Part shown: piece after piece, positions 14,093 to 27,700 of the stretch
Layout: each line of letters opens with the position of its first letter
How positions within the stretch are numbered: position 1 is the first letter of the stretch
From: Antedon mediterranea
Taxonomy: Eukaryota; Animalia; Echinodermata
NCBI RefSeq assembly: GCF_964355755.1
Contig: NC_092670.1
Location: forward strand, 9,042,201 to 9,106,200
Direction of reading: 5' to 3'
DNA: 64,000 nucleotides
Notes under the pieces: model-generated
The model's database searches: none
The model's input: the letters and a program-made list of their open reading frames with translations, nothing else
What the model was told of the DNA's origin: nothing
Program-made: the position numbers and the translations under genes

Positions 14093-16159
14093 CCGGTTAT
14101 TTAACACTAAACCGTTCGTTATAGGTAATGTTTATAGACCACCAAATTCGTGTACTGGATTTGTTGATATAATGCATGATCAAATATCTTTTATACTAGA
14201 TAGTATAAGAGAGATTATTGTTGTTGGTGACTTAAATTGGAATATATTTGATAAACAGCATTCTCGGAACATTAAAATCCTCCACCAAATTTTCCAATTA
14301 AACCAGTATATTAAAACTCCAACGCGCGTAACGGAAAACAGTAGTAGTTGTATTGATTTAATTTTTTCAAATAGGGATGACTTTATAAGCAAAACTGGAG
14401 TTGTACCAATTGGAATTAGCGATCACTCATTGATATATGCAATACGTAAAAAAATTAAAATAAAATTGTAAAAATAAGAAAAAAAACACAAAATTGCCCC
14501 CGCGTATTTTACATACGAGAACCTTCCGGAAATTTAACAAAGATTTGTTTATTTCTGATCTTGCATCTGCTCCGTGGAGTATTTGTGAGGCGTCCGAGGA
14601 TGCTGACGAGGCTTGGGACATTTGGAAACACATACAGGAGGATGTAAACATGAACTTAACAACTACCGTCCAATATCTGTTATACCTATTGTTATGAAAG
14701 TTTTTGAAAGATGCATCCATAATCAAGTTATGAATCATATAAATGAGTTTAATTTATTATGTAAAAATCAATCTGGTTTTAGGTCGTTACATTCAACTTC
14801 TACTACACTGATAGATGTATGCAATTATATATATAAAAATATTGATAATGGCTTGGTATAACTGGAGCAATTTTTCTTGACCTAAAAAAGGCGTTTGATA
14901 CGGTAGACCACGATATTTTATTACGTAAATTATGCACCTTTGGAATGATAAACACTGAGCTTGCATGGTTCAGTAATTATTTAAAAAATCGCAAACAATT
15001 TGTTAATTTTAATGGAAAAAAATCTGAAATTTTAAATGTTAACTATGGGGTACCACAAGGCTCAATGCTTGGTCCTTTGTTGTTTATTTTATACATAAAT
15101 GACTTACATGATAGTGTTGATGGGATTTGTAAAACAGTCCTCTATGCAGACGACACTGCGCTTTTTTATGCATGTAAATCAAATGAAGAGCTTACAACAG
15201 TTTTAACTGAACAGTTGGAAAATGTAAAACAATGGTTAGATAAACAAAATTAACTCTAAACATTGATAAAACCAAATACATGCTTTTTGGTACTCATGCA
15301 CGTGTTAATAAAACAACAGATGAAACAGTAATTTTTGATAACATTCCGATTGAGAAAGTTGAAACGTTTAAATATTTGGGACTTACATTTGATGAACAAC
15401 TCTCATGGAAAGTACATATTGATTCTATGTGTGCAAAACTATCAAAAATTCTACATCTATTTTATAGATTGAAAAGTTTTACATCTCCTAAAATTATTAA
15501 AAGATTATACAATGCTGGGGTACTGGTTCAAACGCCCATATTTTAAAATTGCAAAGGGTACAAAATAGAGCTGCGCGATTAATACTAGGTGCTGATATTC
15601 GAACTCCTGTTAGACAAATGCATTATGATTTAGGTTGGCTAACAATTAAGACAAGAATTGAATATCATACAATTTGTACAATATTTAGATGTTTACAAGA
15701 ATCTGTACCTTCATACTTATGTGATGTTTTGCAATATATTAGTAGTGTACACAATATTAAAACCAGAAACTATGAAAATAATCTGTTGTATTTGCCCAGA
15801 TGTAACCTCGAAATATACAAGCGTAGTTTTGTTTATTATGGAAGTTCACTCTGGAATGGCCTACCTTATGAATTAAGAAAACAAAACAATTATAACCGTT
15901 TTAAATCACTTGTTAAGATTCATTTATTGTTGCCGGTGGTCTAGGATGGTTCCAGTGAAATATATTTAAATATGGTGTAAAAGTTATAATAATAATGAGA
16001 ACATGCATTGAAGTTTATTTTTAGTTTAAGTTTTAGTTTAAGTTAAGTTGTTTTCAAATTTTGTTTAAATGTGCCGTAGGGCCCCTCGGAAGAGCAGTTT
16101 TATTTTTACTGAGAGGGCTACCCTACTGAAAGAAAACGAAATAAATAAATAAATAAATA
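14093..16159 (+). mobile_element. 5'-truncated, frameshifted LINE (L2/CR1 group), APE endonuclease + reverse transcriptase
   Basis: APE motifs YRPP, VGDLN, PTRVT..IDLI, SDH; RT motifs NYRPIS, QSGFR, DLKKAFDTVDH, GVPQGSMLGPLLF, YADDT; (AAAT)n tail; aataaatagaag at both 14081-14092 and 16152-16163 (candidate TSD); apparent internal deletion near 14635. Confidence 0.93.
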
Positions 16160-16822
16160 GAAGAGTATTCAAATTAATAACTTACCTTACATCTTGTTGC
16201 ACTATAGTTTACTTTTGAAGACATAATTATGCTGTTGAGTCAATTTCATTTGACAGAACGCTGTAATGAACACTATGTGGTATAGTGTACTGTATTAAAA
16301 AGGTACAGTATTAAAAGTTTAAACTGATTTCAGGGTTGAGGTGTTTCAAATGTGGGAAAACTCGACATTGAGGTCAGTTTATGTTCCATTGGCCAATGGC
16401 AATGGTTATTTTACTATGGTCATCATATTGGAATGTGCCTTAACAGTTAATGCTCGGTTAGGGAATACAGTACTGTACTTGCCTTTGAAAGTTGACCTCG
16501 GATTGTTTCATTGTCAAAGATTCCCAATCATTATATAGTGCATGCCTATATAAAACATTATGAATGCATTGATTTTAGTACTTAGTTTGTTTTAATTCAT
16601 ATTGGTCGATAGGTATTGTATTGTTTAATACTGTATCGTGCCACCCAATCTTCAATACTTTTCATTCCCATACTTCAGTAATTTTATCTGTCTGTAATAT
16701 TGAAATGTATATCTTAAATCTTTTCAGTACTGTTAATTACACCATCTTTATGGAAATGTTTACATATAGTAGGTTCATGTACGTTTTATACGTTTTTACG
16801 TTTTGTGGGTAACAAATAATTT

Positions 16823-17898
16823 ACCAGGGCGTTTCTTATCCAATATGTGGCAACTGCATGCCCATATATTTTACAGATGAACCCCATGTATGTTGTGGGT
16901 GTACCAAAATGCATTTGTAATGGGACCCATATGTATGCCCATGCTTTTCGCTTACGAATCCCATATGGACCACAAATGGGCAACCCATATGTATTTGCCC
17001 ATATATTGTACAGATGGGCCCCATGTAAGTTGTATATGGGCATACCCATATGTATCAGCCCAGGTTTATGGCATATGGGCCCCGTGTATTTTTTGTGTGG
17101 GCAAACCCATATGTATTTGCCCATGCTTTTAGCTTATGAATCCCATATTAGTCACAAATGGGCAACCCATATGTACCTGCCCATCTATTGTATAGGTGGG
17201 CCCCATGTACGTTGTATATGGGCATACCCATATGTATCAGCCCATGTTTATGGCATTTGGGCCCCATGTATTGTGTGTGTGGGAAAACCCATATGTATTT
17301 GCCCATGCTTTTAGCTTACGATACCCATATGGCAGGCCTGCCATATGGGTAAAAAATGGGAAACCCATATGACCAGCCCATAAATTGTATATATGGGCCC
17401 CATGTACATTGTATATGGGCATACCCATATGTATCAGCCCGTGTTTATGGCATGTGGGCCCCATGTATTTTTTGTATGGGAAAACCCATATGTATTTGCC
17501 CATGCTTTTAACTTACAAATCCCATATGGGTCACAAATGGGCAACCCATATGTATCTGCCCATATATTATACAGATGGGCCCCCATGTACAGTATGGGCA
17601 TACCCATATGTAACAACCCAGGTTTATGTCATATGGGCCCCATGTATATTGGGTGTGGGCAAACCCATATGCATTTTCCCAGCTTTTGGTTTATGAATCC
17701 CATATGGGTTGAAAATGGGCAAGCCCATATGTATCTGCCCATATATTTTACAGATGGGCCCCATGTGGGTAAAATGTGGGCAGGTTATGTGTGTGTTTTC
17801 CCACCTGGGCCCCATATGGGTTGAATATTCCATAGCCCACATAAACTTGCCCAGGTAATTTATATATATGGGCCCCATATGGGCTTGCTACCTGGGTG
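16823..17898. mobile_element. CCCATATG-rich element with internal ~180-bp tandem units
   Basis: Units restart at ~16927, ~17107, ~17288; ends ...cttgctacctgggt; right flank (~17930-18040, minus) reads IVGIIYRPPNS, a LINE endonuclease relic. Confidence 0.7.
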
Positions 17899-18674
17899 GG
17901 TTTGTGTCGATAGAGTTCAGGCACGTTCACAGACAAATATTTTTTTTTATTATTGTATCAATGCAGCTAGAAATGTTTATGAAAGGGTGAAAAGAGCTAT
18001 TGGGAGGCCTATAGATAATACCAACAATGCTATTTTTAGTCGCGAGCTCACTATGTCGGTTGGTTGGTCGGTCGGTTGGTAAAAACACTAACTTGAGCAC
18101 GCTACTGCAGCCATATTGTTGGTAACAGATTCTATAATAGCATGGCTTCGTATAGAAGTCATGCTGATGATATCGCATAATTTATACACAAGTCAATTGT
18201 ATGTCAGTTTAGATCATAGGTCGGAGGATGATTTATCTGCTGCTACACACAAACTTACTGGGTGCATTCGGATGAAATACGTCTATGGATGGTTAGCGAA
18301 ACAAAAAAAAAACAGAGCTCTTCTTGATTTTAAGCAATAGCCATATTCAATCTTTATCTCACCTTAATTTAATCAAAATGTGCTATTCTAGACTGGCTTA
18401 TGAGTTATTGTTTGTATTTTTATGGCACTGATCATATCTATCTTAGTAGAAAACTCTCTTCTAGACTTACTATCACGCAAAAGAATATTTTTGTATTCCA
18501 AAGAAACTTGACACGTGTGTTTCCTTGTTTATTTCGTCTCCATGACTACTTGCTGTAGCTAATATCATTTATGTTGCCAGTGTGTTATACAGTAATTTGA
18601 TATTTGGATACATGACAGTCATAAACACTGGACACTAAACACTAACGGGGAAATCTATCAATTACATTTGAATT

Positions 18675-18951
18675 ATGAGTAGTGGAAAAGAAACAAATGG
18701 AAACACAGGCGTTGAGGCAATCACTATTTCAATTCACGGAACGGCAAACGATAATACATCGGGTGAAATAAGATGTGGGGCAACCAAACGTTTTGTCTTT
18801 CAAGATGTAAAGCAACAAGATAGGTCAGGGTGCAAATCCTGGATTGAAGAACATATTATGGCCATTATTGTAGGAGCAGTTATGTTAATATTAGTAGTTG
18901 TTGCAGTCACTGTCACGTTGTGTCTTCTTTCCATTGACTCAACTTCCACTG
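18675..18951 (+). CDS. First coding exon of a probable type II single-pass membrane protein
   Basis: ATG, ~60-aa hydrophilic tail, hydrophobic IMAIIVGAVMLILVVVAVTVTLCLL, then phase-1 donor G|gtaagt at 18952; later exons not identified. Confidence 0.6.
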
Positions 18952-19418
18952 GTAAGTACTTCATAAGTACTTCAACATGGTCGCCCACGACCGGTAAGCA
19001 CCTCCGGCGGGGCGCTCCCCTGTGGGGTACGGTGAAAAATGTCTTCTACTTTAATAGTGACCACCACAGGTGAGTATAAAAGGACAAAAACAGGATGAAT
19101 CCTGTTTGTCCCTTGGAAGCACTATGCCGATCGTGAGCGACTCAGTAGGCATAACAAGTATGTACTCAATATCATTTCTTTAGTTTCTTTTTTAGCAGAG
19201 TAGGCCTATAGAGATTTTGATCTATTGGTTTTATAGAGCGCGTTCCATATGTATTTGGTCCGTGAATGAATATGAATCTGTGTGACTTATTGCAAGTCTG
19301 GAGAATGGTATGCACATTTTCGATGAATTTCTAAGGGTTTTTGCGCGTTCACTTTTTAAACTTTGATCAAGTAGGCCTAATTGTCGAAGATGATATTGAG
19401 TCATAAAACATATTGTCT

Positions 19419-19499
19419 ATTTAACCTACTCACAATTTACGATTTAAATAAGTTACAGCCTGTAACTTATTTAAATCGTAAATTGTGAGTAGGTTAAAT
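19419..19499. repeat. Perfect 81-bp palindrome (40-bp arms, 1-nt centre)
   Basis: atttaacctactcacaatttacgatttaaataagttacag-c-ctgtaacttatttaaatcgtaaattgtgagtaggttaaat. Confidence 0.97.
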
Positions 19500-19782
19500 T
19501 GTTTAAATAAGGGTACGTGATCTAGTATCTCTTTTCGAGTTCGTTATTATTCTAACTATTAATTTTTGTGACTTATGTAGTTTTTTCAATTCAATGTGTT
19601 GGGTATTCATTTGCCCATATAATGTTTCTATATTGAAGATGTGGCAAGATAAGAGCGTTATAATATAGATTTATTAATATATGTGTAAAGGAAAAATATT
19701 TTTACTTTGCAGATGATACCAAAGGCCTTAGAAATCTCATTACATATATATTTGATGTGGGGTTTCCAGCTTAAATTTCGTT

Positions 19783-20131
19783 TATCTCTTAGTTTTAAAT
19801 ATAGATATCTTAGTTTTAAATAGAGATATCTCTATTAATAGAGATATCTCTGTTAACAGAGATATCTCCATTTAAAACTAAGATATCTCTATTAAAAACT
19901 AAGATATCTCTAATTAAAACTAAGATATCTTAGTTTTTAATAATAGAGATATCTCTATTTAAAGAGATCTCGATTAATAGAGATATCTCTATTAAAAACT
20001 AAGATATCTTAGTTTTAAATAGAGATATCTTAGTTTTTAATAGAGATACCTTAGTTTTAAATAGAGATATGTCTATTAATTAGTTTTAAAGATATCTTTA
20101 TTTCTGAATAAATGACAGCTTGGCGCGCCAT
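19783..20131. repeat. AGATATCT-rich palindromic repeat element (MITE-like)
   Basis: Dense direct and inverted agatatct/ttagttttaa subunits. Confidence 0.7.
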
Positions 20132-21859
20132 ACTCTACTGTTAGATATATAAACACATAATATACAAATAAACTTTATTAGTGACAGTTGCAACGTTTTA
20201 ATTAATAATCATAAAAAATATAAACGTTGTAGTGATGTATCGTTACAAAGTTTACAATTTCAATCTACTATAACAGAGACAGTTTTAATAATGTATTAAA
20301 TCGCAAATGTTTTGCTTTATTTAGTGGTATGTTATTTATGGTTTATGGTTTTATGGTTTTAAATTTATATAGCGCAAAATACAAATATAGTCTCTATGCG
20401 CTGTTTAGCACAAGTGTGAAAATGAAAAAATGTTGATGTAAAATAAACCATGAAATAGCCTAAAAACCGAATAAATTGACCAAGACAACAGAAAAAGTCC
20501 GAAAACGGAATCTCACATCACCTATCACCACACTGTTTCACTAACTTGTCAAGACATGTGTCATAGTGATGTGAGCATCTGACTATCCTGCCTAACAAAC
20601 AATAAAATTAATAAAATGTATATTTATAGGCCTATAAAACATGAAACAATATTTTGTTACTAAAAGTAGAGCAGTTAATGCCATGAGGTGTGCATGAAAC
20701 TTGGCACAACATTTCTTTGATGTATATAGATTCAAAATATCGGGGGTGCCAAAGTGTCCAATGTCCGGTATGGCGGCCATCTTGATTTCAAAATGACCAT
20801 CACAAAAAAAAAAAAAAATTTCATATCTTGGTAACTATACACATTAGAGAATTAACTGGTCAAAAAATTGTTCACAAACTATATATTTCTATTTGCTCTA
20901 ATAAAAAATTTCGTCCAAAAATGACTAGAAATGACATTTCTTTCAGTTTGACCATTGACCTCGTATTTGTATATTATCTCTATAACTACTGGTCATTTTC
21001 AATCGATTTTGGTGTCATTTTGTTCAGAATAAATACATTTATATTTGTAGTAATGAAACGTTTTCACATAAAATGACCGGAAATACAATTTATGACCGTT
21101 GACGCCAATTATGAACACACTGTATGTGGTTTACATTGGTATAAATGCACCTAATTTGACTACATAAATCATATTGTCTATTTATTCGTTTATGAAAACG
21201 ACAATGTATTATCCTGCGATACGTACATTTGAAATCACAAGTTTTTTTACGCTGGAATTACTGTGTATTCGAGAACCATGTGTGGAGAGGGCGCAATCTT
21301 GAGAAGACGTACCTGGGAAACTACTGACGTGAGTCCATGCTAACATTAATAATATAATTATAAATCCATATAATAATGATTTAAAAAGTAATACCGACGT
21401 GTATTTATTTGAACAAACCACATGGGCTTTATTTTCGTCACGAATAAATACGGTACGGTACGAATGTACGCCTAAAATGTCTACGAAAAATCAATCTAAA
21501 AAAAGGATCATGGTTGAAATTACTGCAAGTCAGAACTACATGTACTAAATGTAATCAATTGCAGACATTTATAAGGAGGTTGTGGCCTATTAATTAATTA
21601 TTAATATCACAGGCGACAGACTTGGGGCTAGAAGGACTAAACCACGTCTTAATAATTATAATCTATCAAATAATTACTAAAAAGACGTGAGAAAATTTAA
21701 AAAATATTTAAAATCGTTTTGTTCATGTTCGGATTTAAAATATAAAGTTATACATCACCAAAATGTATCTAATTCATCACAATTAATCGAAGATATCTAG
21801 TATGAACACAAGTTAAAGTTGTTTAGCATATTCTAAAATATATACGCGGGTGATGACGC

Positions 21860-22110
21860 TTTTTTTCTTTTTCCACTGCAGGACATATCACTCCTTCAAA
21901 GCTCTCCATTTCTCTCTTTTTCTATTCTCAGTCTGAGAATAGAACTCAGTTGCTTTTATATTTGCTCCGGTTATCTCTCATCACATCTTTTATTGCCAAG
22001 CCGTAATCCTGCTTGTCCATCTATTGTCATGGAGTTTTGCAACGTGGCCTGCTCATCTCTACTTATTTTTAGCAATAGCTTAAAAGAAGATCTAGGTTTT
22101 TTTTATCTTT
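21860..22110 (-). mobile_element. Decayed 3' end of an RTE-clade LINE
   Basis: Minus translation AKNK*R*AGHVAKLHDNRWTSRITAW (RTE C-terminal WAGH..DNRW motif); terminal tatgtcctgcagtgga plus A-rich tail. Confidence 0.8.
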
Positions 22111-24434
22111 CCTTATTATTCGCATGGTACCTTGTTCATTATATGCCAAGCATTCACCATTGCATAGCATGGGTTGATACTTATCATAGTTCTTATTATT
22201 CGCATGGTACCTTGTTCATTATATGCCAAGCATTCACCGTTCCATAGCATGGGTTGATACTTATCATAGTTCTTATTATTCGCATGGTACCTTGTTCATT
22301 ATATGCCAAGCATTCACCGTTGCATAGCATGGGTTGATACTTATCATAGTTCTTATTATTCGCATGGTACCTTGTTCATTATATGCCAAGCATTCACCGT
22401 TCCATAGCATGGGTTGATACTTATCATAGTTCTTATTATTCGCATGGTACCTTGTTCATTATATGCCAAGCATTCACCGTTCTATAGCATGGGTTGATAC
22501 TTATCATAGTTCTTATTATTCGCATGGTACCTTGTTCATTATATGCCAAGCATTCACCGTTGCATAGCATGGGTTGATACTTATCATAGTTCTTATTATT
22601 CGCATGGTACCTTGTTCATTATATGCCAAGCATTCACCGTTGCATAGCATGGGTTGATACTTATCATAGTTCTTATTATTCGCATGGTACCTTGTTCATT
22701 ATATGCCAAGCATTCACCATTCTATAGCATGGGTTGATACTTATCATAGTTCTTATTATTCGCATGGTACCTTGTTCATTATATGCCAAGCATTCACCGT
22801 TCCATAGCATGGGTTGATACTTATCATAGTTCTTATTATTCGCATGGTACCTTGTTCATTATATGCCAAGCATTCACCGTTGCATAGCATGGGTTGATAC
22901 TTATCATAGTTCTTATTATTCGCATGGTACCTTGTTCATTATATGCCAAGCATTCACCGTTGCATAGCATGGGTTGATACTTATCATAGTTCTTATTATT
23001 CGCATGGTACCTTGTTCATTATATGCCAAGCATTCACCGTTGCATAGCATGGGTTGATACTTATCATAGTTCTTATTATTCGCATGGTACCTTGTTCATT
23101 ATATGCCAAGCATTCACCGTTGCATAGCATGGGTTGATACTTATCATAGTTCTTATTATTCGCATGGTACCTTGTTCATTATATGCCAAGCATTCACCGT
23201 TGCATAGCATGGGTTGATACTTATCATAGTTCTTATTATTCGCATGGTACCTTGTTCATTATATGCCAAGCATTCACCGTTGCATAGCATGGGTTGATAC
23301 TTATCATAGTTCTTATTATTCGCATGGTACCTTGTTCATTATATGCCAAGCATTCACCGTTGCATAGCATGGGTTGATACTTATCATAGTTCTTATTATT
23401 CGCATGGTACCTTGTTCATTATATGCCAAGCATTCACCGTTGCATAGCATGGGTTGATACTTATCATAGTTCTTATTATTCGCATGGTACCTTGTTCATT
23501 ATATGCCAAGCATTCACCGTTGCATAGCATGGGTTGATACTTATCATAGTCCTTATTATTCGCATGGTACCTTGTTCATTATATGCCAAGCATTCACCGT
23601 TGCATAGCATGGGTTGATACTTATCATAGTCCTTATTATTCGCATGGTACCTTGTTCATTATATGCCAAGCATTCACCGTTGCATAGCATGGGTTGATAC
23701 TTATCATAGTCCTTATTATTCGCATGGTACCTTGTTCATTATATGCCAAGCATTCACCGTTGCATAGCATGGGTTGATACTTATCATAGTTCTTATTATT
23801 CGCATGGTACCTTGTTCATTATATGCCAAGCATTCACCATTGCATAGCATGGGTTGATACTTATCATAGTTCTTATTATTCGCATGGTACCTTGTTCATT
23901 ATATGCCAAGCATTCACCGTTGCATAGCATGGGTTGATACTTATCATAGTTCTTATTATTCGCATGGTACCTTGTTCATTATATGCCAAGCATTCACCGT
24001 TCCATAGCATGGGTTGATACTTATCATAGTTCTTATTATTCGCATGGTACCTTGTTCATTATATGCCAAGCATTCACCGTTACATAGCATGGGTTGATAC
24101 TTATCATAGTTCTTATTATTCGCATGGTACCTTGTTCATTATATGCCAAGCATTCACCATTGCATAGCATGGGTTTATACTTATCATAGTTCTTATTATT
24201 CGCATGGTACCTTGTTCATTATATGCCAAGCATTCACCGTTGCATAGCATGGGTTGATACTTATCATAGTTCTTATTATTCGCATGGTACCTTGTTCATT
24301 ATATGCCAAGCATTCACCGTTGCATAGCATGGGTTGATACTTATCATAGTTCTTATTATTCGCATGGTACCTTGTTCATTATATGCCAAGCATTCACCGT
24401 TGCATAGCATGGGTTGATACTTATCATAGTTCTT
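22111..24434. repeat. 80-bp tandem array, ~29 copies
   Basis: Unit ttattattcgcatggtaccttgttcattatatgccaagcattcaccgttgcatagcatgggttgatacttatcatagttc, exact period 80. Confidence 0.98.
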
Positions 24435-24732
24435 TTAATCATATGCCCTATTCATATATCGACATTGTTATTTTCTGTATACGTACTTACTCATCTATCA
24501 TTACCATTAATCACTAAAATCATCTTTTGTTTTCAATAATTATACTATCACTATCATAGCATGTTTACATTTTCTCTATACTTCACATTAATATTATTAT
24601 TATTATAGTAAAAGTGATACATTAAACATTTCTGTAAATTTAATATGGCCATTTCACAATAACTTAATCGTTTTATTTATTTTGTAAGCATTGATTCCAT
24701 CAGGAAATATATTTAAGGTTTTCAAGTTTGGT

Positions 24733-27700
24733 TTACTATACTATTTCCTTTCATCTTTATTCTCCCTATACCTACACTGGTTCTAAGTCGTACATCTTAC
24801 TATACTATTTCCTTTCATCCTCATTCTCCCTATACCTACACTGGTTCTAAGTCGTACATCTTACTATACTATTTCCTTTCATCTTCATTCTCCCTATACC
24901 TACACTGGTTCTAAGTCGTACATCTTACTATACTATTTCCTTTCATCCTCATTCTCCCTATACCTACACTGGTTCTAAGTCGTACATCTTACTATACTAT
25001 TTCCTTTCATCTTTATTCTCCCTATACCTACACTGGTTCTAAGTCGTACATCTTACTATACTATTTCCTTTCATCTTCATTCTCCCTATACCTACACTGG
25101 TTCTAAGTCGTACATCTTACTATACTATTTCCTTTCATCTTCATTCTCCCTATACCTACACTGGTTCTAAGTCGTACATCTTACTATACTATTTCCTTTC
25201 ATCCTCATTCTCCCTATACCTACACTGGTTCTAAGTCGTACATCTTACTATACTATTTCCTTTCATCTTTATTCTCCCTATACCTACACTGGTTCTAAGT
25301 CGTACATCTTACTATACTATTTCCTTTCATCTTCATTCTCCCTATACCTACACTGGTTCTAAGTCGTACATCTTACTATACTATTTCCTTTCATCTTCAT
25401 TCTCCCTATACCTACACTGGTTCTAAGTCGTACATCTTACTATACTATTTCCTTTCATCTTTATTCTCCCTATACCTACACTGGTTCTAAGTCGTACATC
25501 TTACTATACTATTTCCATTCATCTTTATTCTCCCTATACCTACACTGGTTCTAAGTCGTACATCTTACTATACTATTTCCTTTCATCTTCATTCTCCCTA
25601 TACCTACACTGGTTCTAAGTCGTACATCTTACTATACTATTTCCTTTCATCTTTATTCTCCCTATACCTACACTGGTTCTAAGTCGTACATCTTACTATA
25701 CTATTTCCTTTCATCCTCATTCTCCCTATACCTACACTGGTTTTAAGTCGTACATCTTACTATACTATTTCCTTTCATCCTCATTCTCCCTATACCTACA
25801 CTGGTTCTAAGTCGTACATCTTACTATACTATTTCCTTTCATCTTTATTCTCCCTATACCTACACTGGTTCTAAGTCGTACATCTTACTATACTATTTCC
25901 TTTCATCTTTATTCTCCCTATACCTACACTGGTTCTAAGTCGTACATCTTACTATACTATTTCCATTCATCTTTATTCTCCCTATACCTACACTGGTTCT
26001 AAGTCGTACATCTTACTATACTATTTCCTTTCATCTTCATTCTCCCTATACCTACACTGGTTCTAAGTCGTACATCTTACTATACTATTTCCTTTCATCT
26101 TTATTCTCCCTATACCTACACTGGTTCTAAGTCGTACATCTTACTATACTATTTCCTTTCATCCTCATTCCCCCTATACCTACATTGGTTCTAAGTCGTA
26201 CATCTTACTATACTATTTCCTTTCATCTTTATTCTACCTATACCTACACTGTTTCTAAGTCGTACATCTTACTATACTATTTCCTTTCATCTTCATTCTC
26301 CCTATACCTACACTGGTTCTAAGTCGTACATCTTACTATACTATTTCCTTTCATCTTTATTCTCCCTATACCTACACTGGTTCTAAGTCGTACATCTTAC
26401 TATACTATTTCCTTTCATCCTCATTCTCCCTATACCTACACTGGTTCTAAGTCGTACATCTTACTATACTATTTCCTTTCATCTTCATTCTCCCTATACC
26501 TACACTGGTTCTAAGTCGTACATCTTACTATACTATTTCCTTTCATCCTCATTCTCCCTATACCTACACTGGTTCTAAGTCGTACGGTACATCTTACTAT
26601 ACTATTTCCTTTCATCTTCATTCTCCCTATACCTACACTGGTTCTAAGTCGTACATCTTACTATACTATTTCCTTTCATCCTCATTCTCCCTATACCTAC
26701 ACTGGTTCTAAGTCGTACATCTTACTATACTATTTCCTTTCATCCTCATTCTCCCTATACCTACACTGGTTCTAAGTCGTACATCTTACTATACTATTTA
26801 CTTTCATCTTCATTCTCCCTATACCTACACTCGTTCTAAGTCGTACATCTTACTATACTATTTCCTTTCATCTTTATTCTCCCTATACCTACACTGGTTC
26901 TAAGTCGTACATCTTACTATACTATTTCCTTTCATCTTCATTCTCCCTATACCTACACTGGTTCTAAGTCGTACATCTTACTATACTATTTCCTTTCATC
27001 TTCATTCTCCCTATACCTACACTGGTTCTAAGTCGTACATCTTACTATACTATTTCCTTTCATCTTCATTCTCCCTATAACTACACTGGTTCTAAGTCGT
27101 ACATCTTACTATACTATTTCCTTTCATCTTCATTCTCCCTATACCTACACTGGTTCTAAGTCGTACATCTTACTATACTATTTCCTTTCATCTTCATTCT
27201 CCCTATACCTACACTGGTTCTAAGTCGTACATCTTACTATACTATTTCCTTTCATCTTCATTCTCCCTATACCTACACTGGTTCTAAGTCGTACATCTTA
27301 CTATACTATTTCCTTTCATCTTTATTCTCCCTATACCTACACTGGTTCTAAGTCGTACATCTTACTATACTATTTCCTTTCATCCTCATTCTCCCTATAA
27401 CTACACTGGTTCTAAGTCGTACATCTTACTATACTATTTCCTTTCATCTTTATTCTCCCTATACCTACACTGGTTCTAAGTCGTACATCTTACTATACTA
27501 TTTCCTTTCATCTTTATTCTCCCTATACCTACACTGGTTCTAAGTCGTACATCTTACTATACTATTTCCTTTCATCCTCATTCTCCCTATAACTACACTG
27601 GTTCTAAGTCGTACATCTTACTATACTATTTCCTTTCATCTTTATTCTCCCTATACCTACACTGGTTCTAAGTCGTACATCTTACTATACTATTTCCTTT

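Noticed and set aside
16786-17936. Many overlapping ORFs in CCCATATG repeats (also 12367-12864)
   Set aside because: Open in several frames on both strands because of repeat composition.
19700-19775. Possible exon 2 of the type II membrane gene
   Set aside because: Stops after 20 codons, and tttgcagatgataccaaa equally reads FADDTK, an RT relic.
20560-21110. Element with ggcggccatcttg / tgacc motifs resembling Academ TIR interior
   Set aside because: Probably a TE fragment but termini and TSD could not be defined.
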